From the NCBI GenBank assembly GCA_964016885.1, contig OZ024743.1:235228001-235292000 (forward strand): a stretch of 64,000 bases of DNA. The letters are read 5' to 3'. Under the pieces are notes generated by a model. The model made no database searches, was not told the DNA's origin, and was given only the letters and a program-made list of their open reading frames with translations. The DNA is from Eledone cirrhosa (Eukaryota). Position numbers and translations under genes: made by a program. Position 1 is the stretch's first letter; every line of letters begins with the position of its first letter. Positions 61,013 to 64,000 of this stretch are shown here, one piece after another.

Positions 61013-63772
61013 TTGTCCTTGAATGCACGTAGTCTATGCAATAAGATTCATCTTTTTGACTCCTACGTCAAAAGTATCAACCCGGACTTCATTACAGTCA
61101 CGGAAACTTGGGCACATCCCTTACTCTGTGATGGGGTTTTCAGCATGACTGGCTACAACCTGTTTCGTAAAGACCGTATTAATCGTCGTGGTGGTGGTGT
61201 AATGGTCTACGTTCGGTCAAATCTGTTGGCAATTCCTTGTGCTGATTTGAACCAATCACAGCAGGAAGTTTTTTTCTGCGATATACGTATGACCATGTCA
61301 ACACTGCTACTTGGAGTCGTTTACCGTCCCCCAAATTACCATCAGGACACTCAACTTTGTGATATCCTCAGAGCTGCTGCCAGGAAGACAGCCACTTATG
61401 TTTTCATTGCAGGTGACTTCAATCACCCTGAGATTGACTGGGAGACCTTTCGTTGGCCGCCAAGTGCAAATGACTTCCTTGAGCTGGTGCTGGACTCGAG
61501 TTGGTCCCAGGTGGTCACCTCCGCAACGAGAGGTGACAACACTCTGGACCTACTCTTCACCACTACTCCTGAAACGGTCATTAGTGTTACTGCTGAGGAA
61601 CCTTTAGGTGACTCTGATCATGCTATGATCATTGCCAATCTATCCCTCATGGGCAGTAACAAGAACCACAACCATCTCCAAACTGCTCACTTTGACTGGA
61701 ATAAAGCAGACTGGAACTGTTACTGCACCGAGTTGCAACGGCCAAACTGGCTTGAGTTCTATGACTCTGGAGATGTCAACACTGCACTCCAGAACATCCT
61801 GAGCTCAATATGGACAGCATGTGCAGCATCGGTGCCACGTAAGCGGAAAAAACATCCCAAAAGCGCAATTTGGGAGACTGCAGCAGTCCGTCTTGCCAGA
61901 AAAGAACGGTGCAATGCTGAACGTGAGTACAAACTTCACAAATCAGACATTAATAGGAAGAGGCGAAATAGATCGTCCAACCACCTCAAACAGGTGACAA
62001 AAAAGGCAGTGCTTCAATTTGAGCAGCGCATAGCAACCAGCCCTGACAGTAAGGTGTTCTGGAAGTATGTTCACTCAAAGCAGAGGCCTCACTCTCCAGT
62101 TGGTCCTCTTCGCAATCCCCACACAAGCCAGGTTACTGATGACCCCAAGGAATGCGCAGAGCTCATTGCTGAATGCTATGCAGGCATTTTCACCATTGAA
62201 GACCAGAGTGTACCATCTCCACCACCTATGACACCGGACTCTATTACAACCATGGAATTTACACCTGCAATGCTGCGACGTAACCTAAAAAATAAACGCA
62301 ACCATGCCTCTCCTGGTCTTGATGGTGTTACGTACCTGCTTCTTAAACGTGGTGGGTACTTCCTTCTACACCAGTTATCACGCTTCTTCCAATTCTGTCT
62401 GAACAACAGTGCTACTCCAGAACAGTGGAAAACTGCCAGTGTCATTCCTCTGTTCAAAAAGGGTGACCGCACATCACCTGTGAACTATCGTCCAGTCAGT
62501 CTTACTAGTTGCATCGCCAAACTGATGGAATCCTGTGTCAGAGAAACACTTTGGAACTTCTGGAGCTCTCACAGTCTTATCCGGCCCTCGCAATTTGGAT
62601 TTATCCCCAACTCCAGCTGCTGTGATCAACTTATAGAGTTTCTTGAGGACATCACCCGGATCACTGATGGCGGCTTATGGGTGGATGTTGTTTACCTTGA
62701 CTTTGCGAAGGCCTTCAATTCTGTGCCACACAAAAGGCTTATGGCAAAACTCTCTGCAATGGGTGTGAAGGATGATCTTTTTAACTGGTTGAAGTCCTTC
62801 ATACTCAGTCGAAGAGAGGTAGTCACGGTTCTGGGACAGCATTCCTCACCATATGAGATGTCATCTGGTGTACCTCAGGGATCTGTTCTTGGCCCCCTTT
62901 TGTTTGTGGCATATATTAATGACATAGATGCCAACTTAAGGAATGCCACAGTACTAAAGTACGCAGACGACATCAAGCTGTACCTTGAGATAAAAAGGAC
63001 AGATCCTGAACACTATAGTTCTTGCTTGCAGTCTGACCTGGACACAATGCAACAGTGGATCTCAGACTGGCAACTCAAGCTAACTGTGGACAAGTGCACC
63101 ACCATGCATTTTGGGAGTAAAAACCCAGCGTCCACATACTCCCTCCACAGCACTAATATCAAGAAGTCTTCCTGTGAACGTGACCTGGGCATTACGGTCA
63201 GCAGCGATTTGCGTTGGACGAGGCGCGTCTCTAAAATTGTCAAGAGGGCCGAGGGTGTCTTAGCATCACTCAGCAAGACCTTTGTCAGCCGCTCTCCAGA
63301 TATCTATTTAAGGCTGTATACAGCTATGGTGCGACCACACTTAGAATTTGCATCACCAGTCTGGAACCCCTATCTTGCTCAGGACATTGACCGCCTGGAA
63401 ACTGTTCAGAGACGTGCAACCAAGCGAATACCCTCCATCAGGCATCTACCATACTCTGAGCGCCTTGCTTCCCTGGGCATGGATTCATTGAAGCTCCGAC
63501 GCCTGGCAACTGACTTGGTAAACACCCACAAAATTGTTAACCATGTTGCCAACAACAACCCTGAGTACCTTTTCGATTTCCATGTGTCTAACACACGTGG
63601 ACAGGCCCACAAAGTAAGAAAAAAGCACAGTTCCCATGACTTTTGGAAACATTTTTTCACGCTCAGAGTTGCTGAAGCATGGAACAAACTACCTGCATCA
63701 GTTGTTAGCTGTCGAGACACTGCATCCTTTAAGGCCTCCATGCTTCCCGAGATCCGCCAACACTACAGCTAA
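61013..63772 (+). CDS. CR1/L2-group LINE ORF2: AP endonuclease + reverse transcriptase, intact
   Basis: NARS, TETW, RKDR..GGGV, YRPP, GDFN, LDL and SDH endonuclease motifs; NYRPVSLTS, QFGF, YLDFAKAF, GVPQGSVLGP, YADD and ERDLG RT motifs. 3' UTR ends in (ATT)n at ~63875. Confidence 0.95.
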   Translation: MSLNARSLCNKIHLFDSYVKSINPDFITVTETWAHPLLCDGVFSMTGYNLFRKDRINRRGGGVMVYVRSNLLAIPCADLNQSQQEVFFCDIRMTMSTLLLGVVYRPPNYHQDTQLCDILRAAARKTATYVFIAGDFNHPEIDWETFRWPPSANDFLELVLDSSWSQVVTSATRGDNTLDLLFTTTPETVISVTAEEPLGDSDHAMIIANLSLMGSNKNHNHLQTAHFDWNKADWNCYCTELQRPNWLEFYDSGDVNTALQNILSSIWTACAASVPRKRKKHPKSAIWETAAVRLARKERCNAEREYKLHKSDINRKRRNRSSNHLKQVTKKAVLQFEQRIATSPDSKVFWKYVHSKQRPHSPVGPLRNPHTSQVTDDPKECAELIAECYAGIFTIEDQSVPSPPPMTPDSITTMEFTPAMLRRNLKNKRNHASPGLDGVTYLLLKRGGYFLLHQLSRFFQFCLNNSATPEQWKTASVIPLFKKGDRTSPVNYRPVSLTSCIAKLMESCVRETLWNFWSSHSLIRPSQFGFIPNSSCCDQLIEFLEDITRITDGGLWVDVVYLDFAKAFNSVPHKRLMAKLSAMGVKDDLFNWLKSFILSRREVVTVLGQHSSPYEMSSGVPQGSVLGPLLFVAYINDIDANLRNATVLKYADDIKLYLEIKRTDPEHYSSCLQSDLDTMQQWISDWQLKLTVDKCTTMHFGSKNPASTYSLHSTNIKKSSCERDLGITVSSDLRWTRRVSKIVKRAEGVLASLSKTFVSRSPDIYLRLYTAMVRPHLEFASPVWNPYLAQDIDRLETVQRRATKRIPSIRHLPYSERLASLGMDSLKLRRLATDLVNTHKIVNHVANNNPEYLFDFHVSNTRGQAHKVRKKHSSHDFWKHFFTLRVAEAWNKLPASVVSCRDTASFKASMLPEIRQHYS

Positions 63773-63877
63773 CACATACAAACATGTACTTCCCTGACAT
63801 TTGTGTATTATTCTATGTACTATATTGACGAGTTGTAGTGCACCTGAGCACTTTACACAATAATTTCATTATTATAG

Positions 63878-64000
63878 AATCACATCTTATTGTCTTATAT
63901 ATCTTCACATACTAGAAATAGCAGCTAGATCTTCCACAAATCATACTTTACTGTCTTATATATCTTGACATGCTAGAAATAGCAGCTAGATCTCCCTCAA
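63878..64000. repeat. Continuation of the 61-bp satellite
   Basis: Same unit as 56420-56807. Confidence 0.9.

Overview
AT-rich eukaryotic (metazoan) DNA. The C2H2-ZNF gene style, tRNA-derived SINEs and RTE tails suggest an octopus/cephalopod genome (inference). Host content is one intact 17-finger C2H2 zinc-finger ORF (3704-5251) and one ZNF pseudogene (~51300-52260). The rest is a dense nest of transposons in (TA)n/(TATG)n microsatellites. There are five Penelope-like element (PLE) ORFs or ORF fragments, two of them uninterrupted RT+GIY-YIG ORFs, and at least 12 type-I hammerhead ribozyme (HHR) motifs in direct or inverted pseudo-LTRs. Other retroelements: two RTE LINE families with their non-autonomous SINE partners, CRE-like fragments, a near-complete CR1/L2-group LINE with a candidate -1 frameshift site, and a non-autonomous tRNA-Trp-primed LTR element. 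Also present are an LTR folded into a TIR-like unit with a 4-bp TSD, Merlin-like DNA transposon derivatives and a 61-bp satellite. Most 'YIYI' ORFs in the track are microsatellite artefacts. All structures were read by eye; no search or folding was run.
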